Source: the human T2T-CHM13v2.0 reference genome, Homo sapiens
Reading direction: 5' to 3' (one strand)
Assembly: GCF_009914755.1 (NCBI RefSeq)
Contig: NC_060926.1
Length of the DNA: 64,000 bases
A program made the position numbers and the translations under genes. The notes under the pieces were generated by a model. The model was given only the letters and a program-made list of their open reading frames with translations, had not been told where the DNA came from and did not search any database. Below are positions 1-16,920 of the stretch, piece by piece (position 1 is the first letter of the stretch; every line of letters begins with the position of its first letter).

Positions 1-2369
<2,369 letters not shown>

Positions 2370-3878
2370 GCATTGTGGTTATTCTTTGCACTCAAGAGTG
2401 TGTTTTATGGTACCTAGCAAAGTGGTAATACTAGCATTGATAGTGTCTATGGACTGGAGAATAAAACAGATGGTGCAATTTCTTTCTTGAAAGAGGTGAG
2501 TTGGAAACTTTCTAGACTCAAAGGATTTAAGTTGCTTTGTTGGCTGCATTTTCAGACTCACCAGCTTCACTTTCATCCTCCCAGGGCCAGGCCTGATGGA
2601 GCAAAAAGCAAAGTTTGTCATGTTCAGAGCAACCTTGTAATCACAAGAAACCCAGAGGAATGGTTTCTGTCTTTACAAGTGGATACCTCTGACCCCTGCT
2701 GCATTAGCAACCTCTTCCTCTAGAGGTAGGGTAGGTGGTGTGTAATGTTTTCTCTCTGTCCTGACAGCTGGAGTAATTACCTGAGCTACCTTATATATTT
2801 GACAGTTTTTCCGTGTTATTATTTGAAGCTAAATTACTAACTACTGCTTTCCTAGAAGTCACATTTCTCATTTCTTTTTCTTCTGCCTCCTAAAAGCTGA
2901 AGCTTGCAGGGAGCTTTTGTTTCTAGTTGCCACATATCCTTTCCCAGCACCTGAGTATGGTTCACGTAGTTTAAGATTCTAAGTTCATTATTTATACTAT
3001 GCCATTTTTGTCTCAAGAATCCTTACTAAACATTTATAATGAAGGAAAAATCCCACTCACATTAATATCATGCGTTTAGGTTTGGAAGTACAGAATCCAT
3101 TGATCTTTCACCTGTTGCTGAATCCATTGCTGCTTCTTCCCATCTTCTGCAAATTCTGTCCTGACTGGCTTGTTAATTGGTTAGTGTGCAGCTTTCCTTC
3201 AAAGGGTGCATAGAGGGCTGCCTCCCTGATTGTGCGCATGTGCAAAAATGCTTTTCCTCGCCTTGGGAGATGGTGCCTTCACTCAGTGTTCTGGGTTCTT
3301 GGATTGCTGACCTGATCCTTTGAGAAGATTTAAAGTGCTCACCTGTGGCTTCTGCTTTAGCTCTGCCCCTGCAAGTCTAATGTGGGACTCACTAGTTTTC
3401 CTTTGTAAGAAACCTTTACCAAAAATGAATAAGGAGTTATAAAGAACAAAATATTTCTGATAGTAAATCCCTGCTTTTCTAACTTAAAAATTTCAAAAAA
3501 AAAAAAAAAAAAAACTAATCAAAAAGACTCTGGTCATTGTAACTAACTGAATGAATCAAGAAGGGTATAGGAAAAAAGTCTCAAAACAAAAATTACAGAA
3601 GGCGTAATAGAACAGATGAGAAACTTGTAAATAATAGTCACACAAAAGAAAAGGCAGCTATAATAATAAAAATAAATAAATAAAGTATTGAGTCTGCAAT
3701 CCGAGAGGAAAGATTGCCTCCCAGGCAGAGATAGCAAATGACCTTGCACATTTAATTGATGTACAAGGTGCCTGCAGTGAAGTAGGTGACTCTGAAGTGA
3801 AAACTTAAACTTTACAGCATCTTTGTCGAGGATAGCATGTCTCTAGAATCTGGAAGTATTCCCCCCAAAAGTAATCAG

Positions 3879-4189
3879 TTTTTTTGTTTGTTTGTTTGCT
3901 TGTTTGAGACAGGGTCTCCCACTGTTTCCCAGGCTAGAGTGCAGTGATGGGATCTGGGCTCACTGCAGCCTCAACTTCCTGGACTCAAGTGATCCTCCCA
4001 ACTCAGCCTTCCCAGTAGCTGGGGCTATAGGTGTGCGCTACCATGCCTAGATAATTTTTGTATCCTTTTTGTAAAGATGGAGTTTCACCATGTTGCCCAG
4101 GCTGGTCTTGAACTCCTGGGCTCAAGCAATCCTCCCTCCTCAGCCCCCTAAAATGCTGGAATTACAGGCATGAGCCATGGCACCTGACC
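3879..4189 (-). mobile_element. AluJ-family SINE inserted in an old L1M 3' end
   Basis: (TTTG)n tail, GAGACAGGGTCTC, CTGCAGCCTCAACTTCCTGG; TAATC on both flanks. Confidence 0.9.
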
Positions 4190-4630
4190 TAATCTCTATT
4201 TTGACCTCTATAACCATAGATTCGTTTTGCCTGTTTTTGAATTTCACATGAATGAGAGTCATATTCTTGTGTCTGACTTTGTTTGCTCAATATTATGACA
4301 TTATATGCAGCAGTAGACTTTTTTATTTTTCCTTGCTATCCAGTATTCCACTGTATGCTCATAACACAATGTTGCTATCTAATCTAATGATGTGGGCATT
4401 GGAGTTTTCTGATTGGGGCCTATTACATATAAAACCATTATGATTCATTTGTGCACATGTCTTTTAGGGGATGTAGTATCCATTTCTTCTGGGTGTCTGC
4501 TCAGGAGTGCAGTTTCAGGGTGATATGATACGTGTATGTCCTTACCTTTAGCAGATCCTACTCGGCAGTTTTTCAAACAGGTTGTATCAACTGACCACCA
4601 GCAGGGTGAGGTGTGAGAATTCCAGTTTCA
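4190..4630 (-). mobile_element. Old L1M (L1ME/MB-like) 3' fragment
   Basis: CCATAGATTCGTTTTGCCTGTTTTTGAATTTCACATGAATG resembles the L1M 3'UTR in antisense. Confidence 0.6.
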
Positions 4631-5563
4631 CATTCTTGCATCATTTCATGTCATATGCCTTCACCAGTAAGGCTGGACAGATAGAGAATAGTATTTCTTT
4701 AGCATCATCAACACGATGGCAAAACAGCAAGTTCAAAAAATTGATGGGAATTAGCAACTTTGTGATTCAGTCTGGACATTTTATTTTTATTATATATATG
4801 TGTGTGTGTGTACACATATAAAACAACTTAAAATATTTTCAAAAGCTATTTATACACTCTCAGTTCATGAAGTTTTTCTTTTTCAAAAAACTCAGATGCA
4901 AAAGGCATTTATTCTTGCTGAAGGAAAAATTAAGGAAACCTAGAATATATAGTTATTCAAAAGAGGAAAGAAGTAAGCATTAAAAAAAGAGTTTTTCCAT
5001 GTATATCCAATTTTTTTTTCTCAAACAAATATAAGGAAAGGTGCTTTCTACTTCTGGTAGTGTTTTAGAATATCTGTTAGGAAGGGCTGTCAAAACCCTA
5101 TTTCCTACAAAAAATATAAAATAGTTATTGCTTGGCTTGTAGAATTTCAGCGAGTTGAATGGAGATGAACTGAATGTGGAGTGTTGAGTTACAAGCACTC
5201 AAGGATTGTGGGGGCCACCCTTGGTCCTAATACTTCTATGGGCCCCCAGTCCATCAGGAGACTAAGCCAAGGTCAGCAGTAGAAAGAAGGGGTCAGAATT
5301 GGAGAATTGTACATTAATCCAGGAGTTCAGGAACATGGCTAAGTTGATCCCAGCTCACAGCACAAGTAACTGAAAACACATTTAATTTAGGCCCCAAGTT
5401 ATCCGTAATTTAAGTTCAACCAAATATGGGAACATCAACACATTTTATCAAACACATAAGGGAAAATACTACATAGATGAGTGAGCAAAAAATAAAAACA
5501 ATAGACTCAGGCAACTAAAACGTATAGATTTTCAGACATTGAATATAAAAAAACTATGATGAC

Positions 5564-7952
5564 TATCTTAGCCCTTTCTCACACTGCTATAAAGAAGTAC
5601 CAGAAACTGGGAAATTCATAAAGAAAAGAGGTTTAATTGGCTCATATTTCCATAGGCTGTACAGGAAGCATGGCTGGGGAGGCCTCAGGAAACTTACAAT
5701 CATGGTAGAAAGTGAAGAGGAAGCAGGTGTGCCTTCACATGGCCAGAGCAGGAGGAAGAGCAAGAAGCAGGAGGTGCTACACAGTTTTAAACAACCAGAT
5801 CTTATGAGAACTCACTCACTATTATAAGAATAGCAAGAGAAAATCTGCCCCCACGATTCAATCACCTCCCATCAGGCCCTTCTTCTGACATTGGGGATTA
5901 CAATTCAACATGAGATTTGGGCAGAGACACAAATCCAAAACATATCATTCCACCTTTGACCCCTGCCAAATCTCATGTCCTTCTCACATTGCAGAATACA
6001 ATCATTCCTCCTCAACAGTCCCCCAAGTTTTAACTCATGTCAGCATTAACTCAAAAGTCCATAGTTCAAAGTCTCATCTAAGACAAAGCAAGTCCCTTCC
6101 ACCTATAAGCCTGTAAAATAATTTTAAAAAGTTAGTTACTTCCAAGATACAATGGGTATACAGGCATTGGGTAAATACACCCATTCCAAATGGGAGAATT
6201 CAGCTCAAACAAAAGGGCTGCAGGCCCCATGCAAGTCTGAAACCCAAAAGGGCAGTCAGTAAATCTTAAAGCTCCAAAATAATCTCTTTTGACTCCATGT
6301 CTCACATCCAGGCCACTCTGATGCAAGGGGTGGGCTCTTAAGGCCTTGGGCAGCCCCACTGCTGTGGCTCTCAAAGGCTCAGCTCCTATTACTGCTCTCA
6401 AAGACTGGCGTTGAGTGCCTGTGGGTCTTCCAGGAACATGGTGCAAACTGTCAGTAGATCTATCATTCTGGGGTCTGGAGGATGGTAGCCTTCTTCTCAC
6501 AGTTCCAGTAGTCAGCATCCCAGTAGAGACTCTGTGTGGGAGCTCCAACCGCACATTTCCCCTCTGCACTGCCCTAGTAGAGGTTCTCCATGAAGGCTTC
6601 TCCCCTGCAGCAGACTTCTGCCTGGACATCCAGGAATTTCCATACATCCTCTGAAATCTAGGCGGAGGCTCCCAAACCTTGACTCTTGCCCTCTGGGCAC
6701 CTGCAGGCTTAACACCACATGGAAGTCACCAAGGATTACAACTTGCACTCCCTGGAGCAGAGGCCTGAGACATATCTGGGACCCTTATACCATGGTGGGA
6801 GCTGGAGTGGCTGGGAGGCAGGGAGCAGTGTCCCAAGATTGCACAGGGCAGCAGGGCCCCGGGCCTGGCCCAGGAAATCATTCTTCCCTCCAAGACCTCT
6901 AGGTCTGTGATGGGATGGACTGCTAAGAAGGTCCCTGAAATGTCTTCAAGGCATTTTCCTTGTTGTTTGGGCTATTAACATTTGGCTCCTCTTTACTTAT
7001 GTAAATTTCTGCAACTGGCTGGAATTCCTTCCCTGAAAATGGATTTTTCTTTTCTACCACATGGATAGGCTGCAAATTTTCCAAACTTTAACACTCTGCT
7101 TTCCTTCTATATAAGTTCTACTTTTACATCATTTTTTTGCAAACAAATATGAGCACAGGTTGCTAGAAGCAGCCAGGCCCCATCTTGAATGCTTTGCTGC
7201 TCAGAAATTTCTTCCACCAGATACCCCATATCATAACTCTCAAGTTCAATGTTGCACAGATCCCTAGAGCAGGGGCACAATGCCTCCAACCTCTTTGCTA
7301 AAGTGTAACAAAAGTGATGACCTTTGCTACTGTTTCTAATAAGTCCCTCATTTCCATCTGAGACCACCTCAGCCTGGACTTCATTCACTATCAGCATTTT
7401 GGTCACAACTTAACAAGTCTCTAGGAAGTTTCAAACATTCACTTATTTTCCTATTTTCTGCTGAGCCCTCCAAACTGTTCTGATCTCTGCCATTACCCAG
7501 TTCCAAAGTCACTTTCACATTTTCAGGTATCTTTATAGCAATACCTTAGCAGTATTCGTGGTACCAATTTTCTGTATTAGTCTGTTCTCATATTGCTGTA
7601 AAGAAATACCTGAAACTGGGTAATTTATCAAGAAAAGGGGTTTAATTGGCTCATAGTACCACAGGGTATACAGGAAGCATGGCTAGGGAGACCTCAGAAA
7701 ACTTAAACAATCATGTTGGAAGCCAAAGGGGAAGCAGGCAGGTCTTACGTAGCTAGAGTGGGAGGAAGAGCAAGAAGGGGGAGGTGCTACACACTTTTAA
7801 TAAACCAGATCTCATGAAATCTCACTGTCATGAGAACAGCAAGGGGAAATCTGCCCTCATGATCTGATCACCTCTCACCAAGTTCTCTTCCAACATTGAG
7901 GATTACAATTCAACATGAGATTTTAGTGGAGACACAAATCCAAACCATATTA
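5564..7952 (-). mobile_element. Full-length MaLR provirus, MSTA-type (LTR 5564-5948, internal region, LTR 7573-7952)
   Basis: Two homologous LTRs (T(G/A)T(A/C)TTAG...CATAT(C/T)A) around MST/THE1-int sequence. Near-TSD ATGAC/ATCAC. Confidence 0.9.
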
Positions 7953-8347
7953 ATCACATATATTAAACATTAAAGAAATAAGCAAGAGACTCACATGACT
8001 GCAAAAATTATAAATCAAGTGACTCTACTAGATATTATAAATATTTAAACAGAAACATCAGTTCACTGTTAAGCAGGACTTTAGAGCTGGAGAGGTTTTG
8101 TGAGTGGAAGACAAATGTGAGGTGGCAGCTACAAATTCAGCACAGGGAATGCAGAGGGGCTGCAGAGACAGACCGAAGACGTCTAGCACATGCTCACCCA
8201 TCAAGGTGTCTGAACCATGTGCTACTTGAAAGGATGGAGGAGAGGCAACATTTGAATACATAATTAATGATAATTTTCTGGAGATAAAAATTTACAGCAT
8301 ATGAATTTACAAATTCAGAAAGAACAATGTATCCAAGGTAGGATAAT

Positions 8348-8762
8348 TGCATTGGTTAATTTTATGTGTCCACTTGGCTAGGACGTGGTACCCAGATAGG
8401 TGGTCAAACATGATTCTAGATTTTTCTGTGAAGGTTTTTAGATGAGATTAACAGATCAGTGCTTTCGGTAAAGCACATGGACCTCCCTAATCTGGGTGGG
8501 CCTCGTCCAATCAGTTGAAGGCCTTAAAACAAAAGGGTGACCTCACCAAGCAAGAAGGGATTCTGCCAGCTGCTGCTCTTTGGGCTTAAACTGCAGCCAC
8601 TTCCTGGGGCTCCAGCCTGCTGGCCCATCCCTTCAGATTTTGGATTTCTCAAGCCTCCACAATCACATAAAGCAGTCCCTTAAAATAAATTTATCTCTCT
8701 ACACACACAAACACACACACCCCTCATTGGTTCTGTTTCTCAGAAGAACCCTGACTAATATA
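8348..8762 (+). mobile_element. MLT2 (ERVL) solo LTR, MLT2B-like
   Basis: Starts TGGTTAATTTTATGTGTCCACTTGG and ends GGTTCTGTTTCTCAGAAGAACCCTGACTAATA. Confidence 0.8.
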
Positions 8763-10670
8763 GTAGTTAAAGGCAATCCAATTCTAGGCAAACTATTGTG
8801 AAACTACGGAGCACCAAGAAGCAACAGGCAATCTTAAAATCAGCTAGGGCAAGCAGAGATCATTTCCAAAGAATGGCAATTTAGTTGACAGCAGATTTCT
8901 CAACAACAGTGGAAACCAGAAAATAGTGCAGTATTATTTTCAAAATTATGTAGGAAAGAAAAATAACTGTTGAGCTATCTTTATGATCCTCATAAAACTA
9001 TCTTTCCAGAACAAAGTAAAAATAAAGACTTGTTCGCACAAAGAGAGTCTGAAAGAGCATTTTACCAACAGACTTTCGCTAGTAGAATTTCTGAAGGACA
9101 CACTTCAGGAAGATAAATAAACATGATTCTAGAAGGGCGGCTGGAGAGTAGAGGGCATGTAAATGCAGATGGCTCTAACAAGCGTTAGCTTTATAAACTA
9201 ATGCACCACTGTTGACTGTGTCCAGTGTCTTAGGTTAAGAAAAAACAGACACAGCGTGCTGAAAACAATAGCTTACAATTCAGAATGAGGTGAGTGGATG
9301 TAAAGTACATTCTGAAGTGCTCATATTGTTAAGATACTTCACGAATTATAATAGGTATGCCTAGTAAAACATCAGAGATACATAGTTGACCAGTAAAGAT
9401 AAATAAAATGAAAAAGAAGAAATTACAAAAAACCTGAAAATAGAAAATAAAGAAATACAGAAAAAGAAGAAAATGAGAGAACCAAAGATAAGAAGGTAGA
9501 GTTGAATATAAATACAGCAGAAATTAAATAAATGTAAATAGATAAATTTGCTAGATAAGAGTCAGAGGCCTATTAGATAAAATAATAACAAACAAGAAAA
9601 TTCAGCTTTTGCTATTTAAAAGAGACACACTCAAAATAAATTTTCATACATTTTACTGAAAGAAAATTGAAGGAATTCAATATATATACAATAATAATGA
9701 GCAATACCAGAAAACACATGTTAAGACAAAGTGCATTGTTAAACATAGAAAGGATAATTTTCAATTTGCCTGAAATACATGAAAAATGTCAAATAGCTAC
9801 AAAATACATAAATTTTTAAAGTTAATACAGTGAAAACTTAATCTACTGTCTCCTTTTGGGGTATCAGTCATCTCTCTCAAATATTGAAAAGTCACACAAA
9901 ATCTTAATAGTAACGGGATGGGTTTGAACTGTAATATTAACAAAGTTGAACACATGGGCATAGTAGTTTATCAATCCAATGGCAAATCTTAATAAATATA
10001 TTTTTAATGGTGAATCTTTAAATGAATTCCCATTAAAATCAAAAATAAGACAAAGATACCTACGTTATTTATTGTGAAAGAAATATTGAAATGGAGGTTC
10101 TGATAAGCACACTATGACAAGAAAAAACAACAAAACATGATTATTGTCAAAGAAGAAATGGGACTGTTATTTCTAGATGACCTAAAAATGCAGCCAAATA
10201 CACTATGTAATGTGGATATAATGAGAGATCAACAATGTGACAGCATATAAGATAACATAAAAAGTCAACTACAATTATATTCAAAAATAGAAAGCGTAAT
10301 AAAAATATGTTAAAATATAAATAAAGTATAAGGTAGCAAATCTTTGTAAGACCTTTATAAAAATATGAAATGGAAAGAAATACCATATCAATGGATAGAA
10401 AAACCTCAATATCCTAAATATGAAGAGTCTTCCAAGTGCATGTATACATTCCAAGAAGTGTCAATATATATCGTATGAGGATAATTTTGTAGAAATTAAC
10501 AAGACAGTTCTCAACATATTTGTAAGAGCAAAGTCCCAGCATAGTCAAGGTATTATTGAAGCAGGAGTTGGGGGTCTTGTTCTTCTTGTTCTTCCAGACC
10601 TTTTATTTGAAGATACTGCAATTAAGACAGCATTCAGGATCACGTGAAATGACCAACTGAAACACAATAG

Positions 10671-10975
<305 letters not shown>

Positions 10976-11287
10976 GGGACTCTATCTTATATGGAATACT
11001 TCATATAACAGAGGGTGTCTTAGAGAACACTTGGAAAAATAAGGAAGCTTAGAATAAAAAATACATTTCACATGGTTTAACAATTAATATATGAAGCCAA
11101 ATCTTTAAAACCTTTGGGAAGAAAATCAGAATAATTTTATGATCTCGGGAAAGGGAAAGACTGTTCATCTTAAAAAGTGAACATAAAAAATTTAAGTTCA
11201 TCTTAATTAAATTAAAAAGCTTTCTGTTAAACACGATAGTAATGTGGAAAGACCAACCGAATTTGGGGAAAATATTATATATACACA

Positions 11288-11621
11288 CAGTCATCCCTTG
11301 GTTTCCACAGGGGATTGGTTCTAGGACACACTGTAGATAACAAAATCCATAGATGCTTAAGACCCTTATATAAAATGGTATAATTATTTGTGTATAACTT
11401 GCCCACGTTCTCCCATATACTTTTAATCATCTGTAGATTACTTATAATACCTAATACAGTGTAAATGCTGTGTAAATAGTTCCTACTCTCTATTTTTCTA
11501 TTCTATATATTTCTATTTCTCTATTTTTCATTTGGATCATTTTGTATAACTTTTTGTGGGAGGTATTTTCAATGCATGGTTGATTGAATCCACAGATGTG
11601 GAACCACAAATATGGAGGGCT

Positions 11622-11626
<5 letters not shown>
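11288..11626 (+). mobile_element. MER2 (TcMar-Tigger non-autonomous DNA transposon)
   Basis: TIR-like ends CAGTCATCCCTTGG ... ATGGAGGGCTGACT; MER2 interior. Confidence 0.85.

Positions 11627-11662
<36 letters not shown>
11625..11662. repeat. (TA)n microsatellite at the MER2 end
   Basis: About 18 TA units directly after the TIR. Confidence 0.95.
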
Positions 11663-11665
<3 letters not shown>

Positions 11666-12214
11666 CATATATAAACATATGTATAAATGCATGTGACTGT
11701 AAATGTATATATATAATACTTAACCATATATATATTTGGAATATAAGAATATTTACAATTACAATAAAGGACAGCAAAATAGAAACATACACAAAATATA
11801 TAATTGAATATTTCCAGAAAAGGAAGCAAGAATAATAAATGATCTGGCATGTTAAGAGATTTTCAAACTCATCAATTGTAAGAGAAAAGCAAATATCTTT
11901 AGAAGTCAATTTTCTGTAAGATATCATATATCTAAATGCTGCCACGATGTGTATTGATGTGTATTGATGGGAATACTCATTCATAGAGGAAGCAGATATA
12001 AATTAGTGCAACCACTTTGAAAAACAATTTAGTACTATCATTTACAACTGAATGTTTAAAAACATCAATATGCAGAAATTGCACTTATGGATACAAACAC
12101 CAGAGCTGAATTTACATGCTCCTTCAGAGACATGCAGCAAAATTCACTGAAGCTAGAATCAGGAGGCAATCCCACATGCTCATTAAGATTAAAATGGAAG
12201 CAAAGAACAAGAAA

Positions 12215-12505
12215 GAAAATGAGGGCTTCAGGGCCCCTTAATTGCATTGGGCCCTAGGAGGAACACTAGTGATGTCTTCCCATGACTTTTACATTTGTAA
12301 AATTTGCAATTTCTCCCTTATCATATCTCTTTTCATATCAGATGATGTTGGGGTGCCTGTAGGCATTCCTCTATCCAGCTGGGTAGACGAAGTTTTACTA
12401 GGAATAGATTTAGTGGCAAATTGAAGTGCATTTGAATTGCTCTCATGTAGACTTTACATTTGTATTATTTTTCTTAAAGCAGTCCCCCAGATTTTATCAT
12501 CATTG
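12215..12505 (-). mobile_element. Degenerate hAT-Tip100 element (MER115/Zaphod-like)
   Basis: GCTTCAGGGCCCCTTAATTGCATTGGGCCC and TTTTCTTAAAGCAGTCCCCCAGATT resemble MER115 subterminal sequence as I recall it. Confidence 0.45.
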
Positions 12506-12636
12506 TGCTTATCAAAAACGGGAGCCACCACAGAATTCAGGATATTGGTTTTGGAGGAGACAAGGCCAACTGTGGCCGTGGGATCAGAAAGCAGGGCCCA
12601 GAGAGCTGTAATGGGATTAGAAATGTTCTAATTTGT

Positions 12637-12937
<301 letters not shown>

Positions 12938-15848
12938 TTAGTCCAGTGGTAGCTTTATTGTTTTCATTTTAATTTTATGCTTTATAACTTTATATATTAT
13001 ATATGTACATAAGTATGTATGTATATATGTTATTTATGTATATATAAAATACAAATATTTAAAATGTAGCTGATAGAAAAGTTGATAGACATTTAAGTAA
13101 ATAACTTAGGATCTTCAAATTGGAAAGGGGTTGCTTGGCAGAAGACAGTAAATTGTTTCCTTCCCTATATATTAACATATTTTTAGATAAAAATGAAGTA
13201 GTTGTATATAAACAGCAGCTCTGTTAAGAACCACGCATGGGCTCTGAGAAGATAGAAGGACTGGGCCCAGAAGGCATTGCAATCCCAGGAGTCAGAGCCA
13301 GATGATGTGGGGCAGAGGGAGTTGGGAACGTGGTTTCCACAAAAGGTTCTGTTTCACGGCTGTGTTTTCTGTTTAGGTGATTTAGAAAGGTCTGAGTGCA
13401 GGAAGCAGTGTTTCTGGAGAGTGCTCTGCAGCGGGTGCCAAGATCATTAGGGACCCTTGTGTCTTCACCATAGACTCCACACCCAGGGATTTATTACAAG
13501 GGGTGTTCCCTAGCCAGTGCTGTGCGATAAGAGAAGTAGATTTAATCTAACTTCTCAAGAATAGGAAAATAACTATGTGGTGACACAGTCGTGTGATGAA
13601 ATTTGTCAGTATTTTCAAGTGGAATTTACCAAGAATTTTTAATTCTTGGTAAATTAATTTTTTAATTTTAGAAAACACATGATGTTTTCTAGAATTAAAG
13701 CAAGGCTCCATCTCAAATAATAATAATAATCATCATCATCTGGTTGGAACAATGTGAGACGGGCTTCCTTCACGCAGGAAATTTCGAGCTTGCGTTAATC
13801 AGTTGTGTTGCTCCAAGGGAAAACATACTAAGGTGACTTCTCGGACTCATCTGATCACACCGTCCCTCCTACACCCTCCCCTAGTGGAATAGACCAGCAA
13901 AAATTGCATTTCATGGAGCAGAATTTGGGCACCCTGTTCTAGAGGTTTTGTGATGATAAAATGTGTACGTTCACTGTCAGATTTATGGCAGATAAAGGAA
14001 TGTTTCCACACAATTTGTCCTGTTAATCAGAAGGTGCCCTGTCCTCTGTGAGTAGTGGGTGGAAGAGAGCAGTCAGACACCTGCAGGTCAGCCTCTGTGT
14101 TCAGCTAGTCCATGTGAAAGGCTCACAGAGGCCATGCTGGAGACCCCTCTATGAGGGGCTCAGGGAGGAGGGGGCTGCTGAGGATGCCCGCGGCATGGCA
14201 GAGAGGCAGGGCAGGGGCTGTGGCCCCATTACATAGTCTGCAGCAGGCCCCCCAAATTCCTCATTGTTGTAATAGCTTCACCCCAAATTCAGAACTCTTT
14301 GTTCTGTTTCAAAGTTGCTCCTTAAAATAGGTGGCTCTGAAACGGGAATGGGTGACTCCTGCCGAGCCGTGGGGAACTCCCAGAACCTCCTGAGTTTTCT
14401 CAGGTGGCAGGTGGACAACTGGGGAGGCTCTCGGCACAATTTGGGAAAGCCCTCCCTCCTAGAGGCTCCGCAGGCAGCCGCTCACCACCTGATGAAAAGG
14501 ATTGGAAAGCGTAGCCCAGGCTTCATCACTGATACCCGAGGACCTGCCTGCTTTTGTTTGATTGTTCCCTTGTCTATTTATTTTTCTGAGATACTAAATG
14601 AGCAACGCATATTTTAGAAGTCCGTTGCTGTACTGAAAAGTAAATCATTTAAAACACTCATTGCTAGTGGCCACAGTGATGCACCTGCCACAGGATTGCA
14701 GAATATATCTCCCCTGAATAAAGAAGAAAAAAAAACATTTTTATGTGTTACATTTTGGACATGGGTTTCCATTTCTTTTCAGCCATAAAGAAGAAAGTCC
14801 TGAGCATTTCTAGGCCTTGTTAGACTCTCGCCTGACAGCAAAGGGCAGAAGTAAATTTATTTTTATAAAGACCAAGAATTCACCATCTACTGCATGTTTC
14901 TAGGTGAACACAGTTTACATTTTAGATTCCTGACCACACTTTACACCCACCAGAATAACTCTGAACACATGAAAACAAAACAAAACAACTTCTCACTGTT
15001 ATTAAGACCTTGATTTGTAGTTGGTATATTCTGACTTTCCGAGTGGAGCTTTGGCTGCAGGCCACAGTGTGGGCACACTTAGCTCTGTCGGACCTTCATC
15101 TCCCTCCAGCCAGTCTGTCTCCCATCCCCAGGCCCAGAGTGGGCAGATGAGGTATGCACTGGACCAGGTGTGCACAGGGCAGGAATCCTGGCAGCCTTTC
15201 CTCTACCACATTAGTGTTTATTGTTGGAAGTAGCAAAAGAGTGTTGTTTCCACTTTTCATTTTTTATCATTCATTATCCTCTCTTTATAAGAAGCTGTAA
15301 CTCCCAGAGAGTTAGAAGTAGGAGGAAGCAGAGTGAGCTCTGCACAAGGGAAGAAGCATGGTCAGGATGGGGGGAGAAGCGCTGGGGATGCAGTCTAGAG
15401 TATTGTCTTTCTCCGTGTCCTGCTGGATGCTGGGTTTTCCAGGTGTAGTTTACAAACTCCCAGCAATGTCCTCAGGCAGTTTCACCTTGTGACCACATGC
15501 AGCTGTGAAAATCACATATATTTACACATTTAAAGTATAGGAATGTGGGAATCTTTCTTTCTTAGAACTTCTTAGGCACCTAAAGATTTCAGATTTCCTC
15601 AAAGGACTAAAGGTCCTGTAGGTACCACGTTGGTTGATCTTCCTGGCCAATATTTTACAGTTTTGGCCACTTTCAACTAAGATTTCTTAGTGATGTCGTG
15701 TTGCCGCCTGCAATAGTTAAATTCTTTCCCCATTATGTTTGTGCTGATTATACTCTAAAATTATACTAAAATTGGCCTCCAGTAGGTTTTATAAAGGTGA
15801 AAATTATGAACATGTGACCCAGAGGCTTATTTTGTCTGCTGATCAGGC

Positions 15849-16920
15849 TTATTTATTTATTTATTATACTTTAAGTTCTGGGGTAGATGTGCAGAACGTG
15901 CAGTTTTGTTACATAGGTATACACGTGCCATGGTGGTTTGCTGCACCCATCAACCTGCCATCTACGTTAGGTATTTCTCCTAATGCTATCCCTCCCCTAG
16001 TCCCCCACTCCACAACAGGCCCTAGTGTATGATGTTCCCCTCCCTGTGTCCATGTGTTCTCATTGTTCAACTCCCACTTGTGAGTGAGAACATGCAGTGT
16101 TTGGTTTTCTGTTCTTGCGTTAATTTGTGGAGGATGATGGTTTCCAGCATCATCCATGTTCCAGCAAAAGACATGAATTCATCCTTTTTAATGGCTGCAT
16201 AGTACTCCATGGTATATATGTGGCACATTTTCTTTATCCAGTCTATCTTTGATGGGCATTTGGGTTGGTTCCAAGTCTTTGCTATTGTGAACAGTTCCAC
16301 AATAAACATGTGTGTGCATGTGTCTTTATAGTAGAATTATTTATAATCCTTTGTGTATATACCCAGTAATAGGATTGCTGGGTCAAATGGTAGTTCTAGT
16401 TCTAGATCCTTGAGGAGTTGCCACACTGTCTTCACAATGGTTGAACTAATCTACACTCCCACCAACAGTGTAAAAGCATTCCTATTTCTCCACATCCTCT
16501 CCAGCATCTGTTGTTTCCTTTTTAATGATCGCCATTCCAACTGACATGAGATGGTATCTCATTGTGGTTTTGATTGGCATTTCTCTAATGACTAGTGATA
16601 ATGAGCTTTTTTTCATATGGTTGTTGGCTGCATAAATGTCTTCTTTTGAGAAGTGTCTGTTCATATCTGCCACCCACTTTTTGATGGGGTTATTTGTTTT
16701 TTCTTGTAAATCTGTTTAAGTTCTTTGTAGATTCTGGATATTAGCCCTTTGTCAGATGAATAGATTGCAAAAATTTTCTCCCATTCTGTAGGCTGCCTGT
16801 TCACTCTGATGATGGTTTCTTTTGCTGTGCAGAAGCTCTTTAGTTTAATCAGATCCCATTTGTCTATTTTGGCTTTTGTTGCCATTGCTTTTGGTGTTTT
16901 AGCCATGAAGTCTTTGCCCA
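15849..16920 (-). mobile_element. 5'-truncated L1PA7-like LINE-1
   Basis: Antisense 3'UTR (TTATTATACTTTAAGTTCTGGGG...GTGCAGAACGTGCAG) and ORF2 C-terminal peptides in the ORF track. Confidence 0.92.

Noticed and set aside
3495-3514. A20 run as a processed pseudogene or retro-tail
   Set aside because: No upstream element body, poly(A) signal or TSD found.
5910-7406. ORFs in the MST internal region
   Set aside because: Broken remnants of the decayed MaLR internal sequence.
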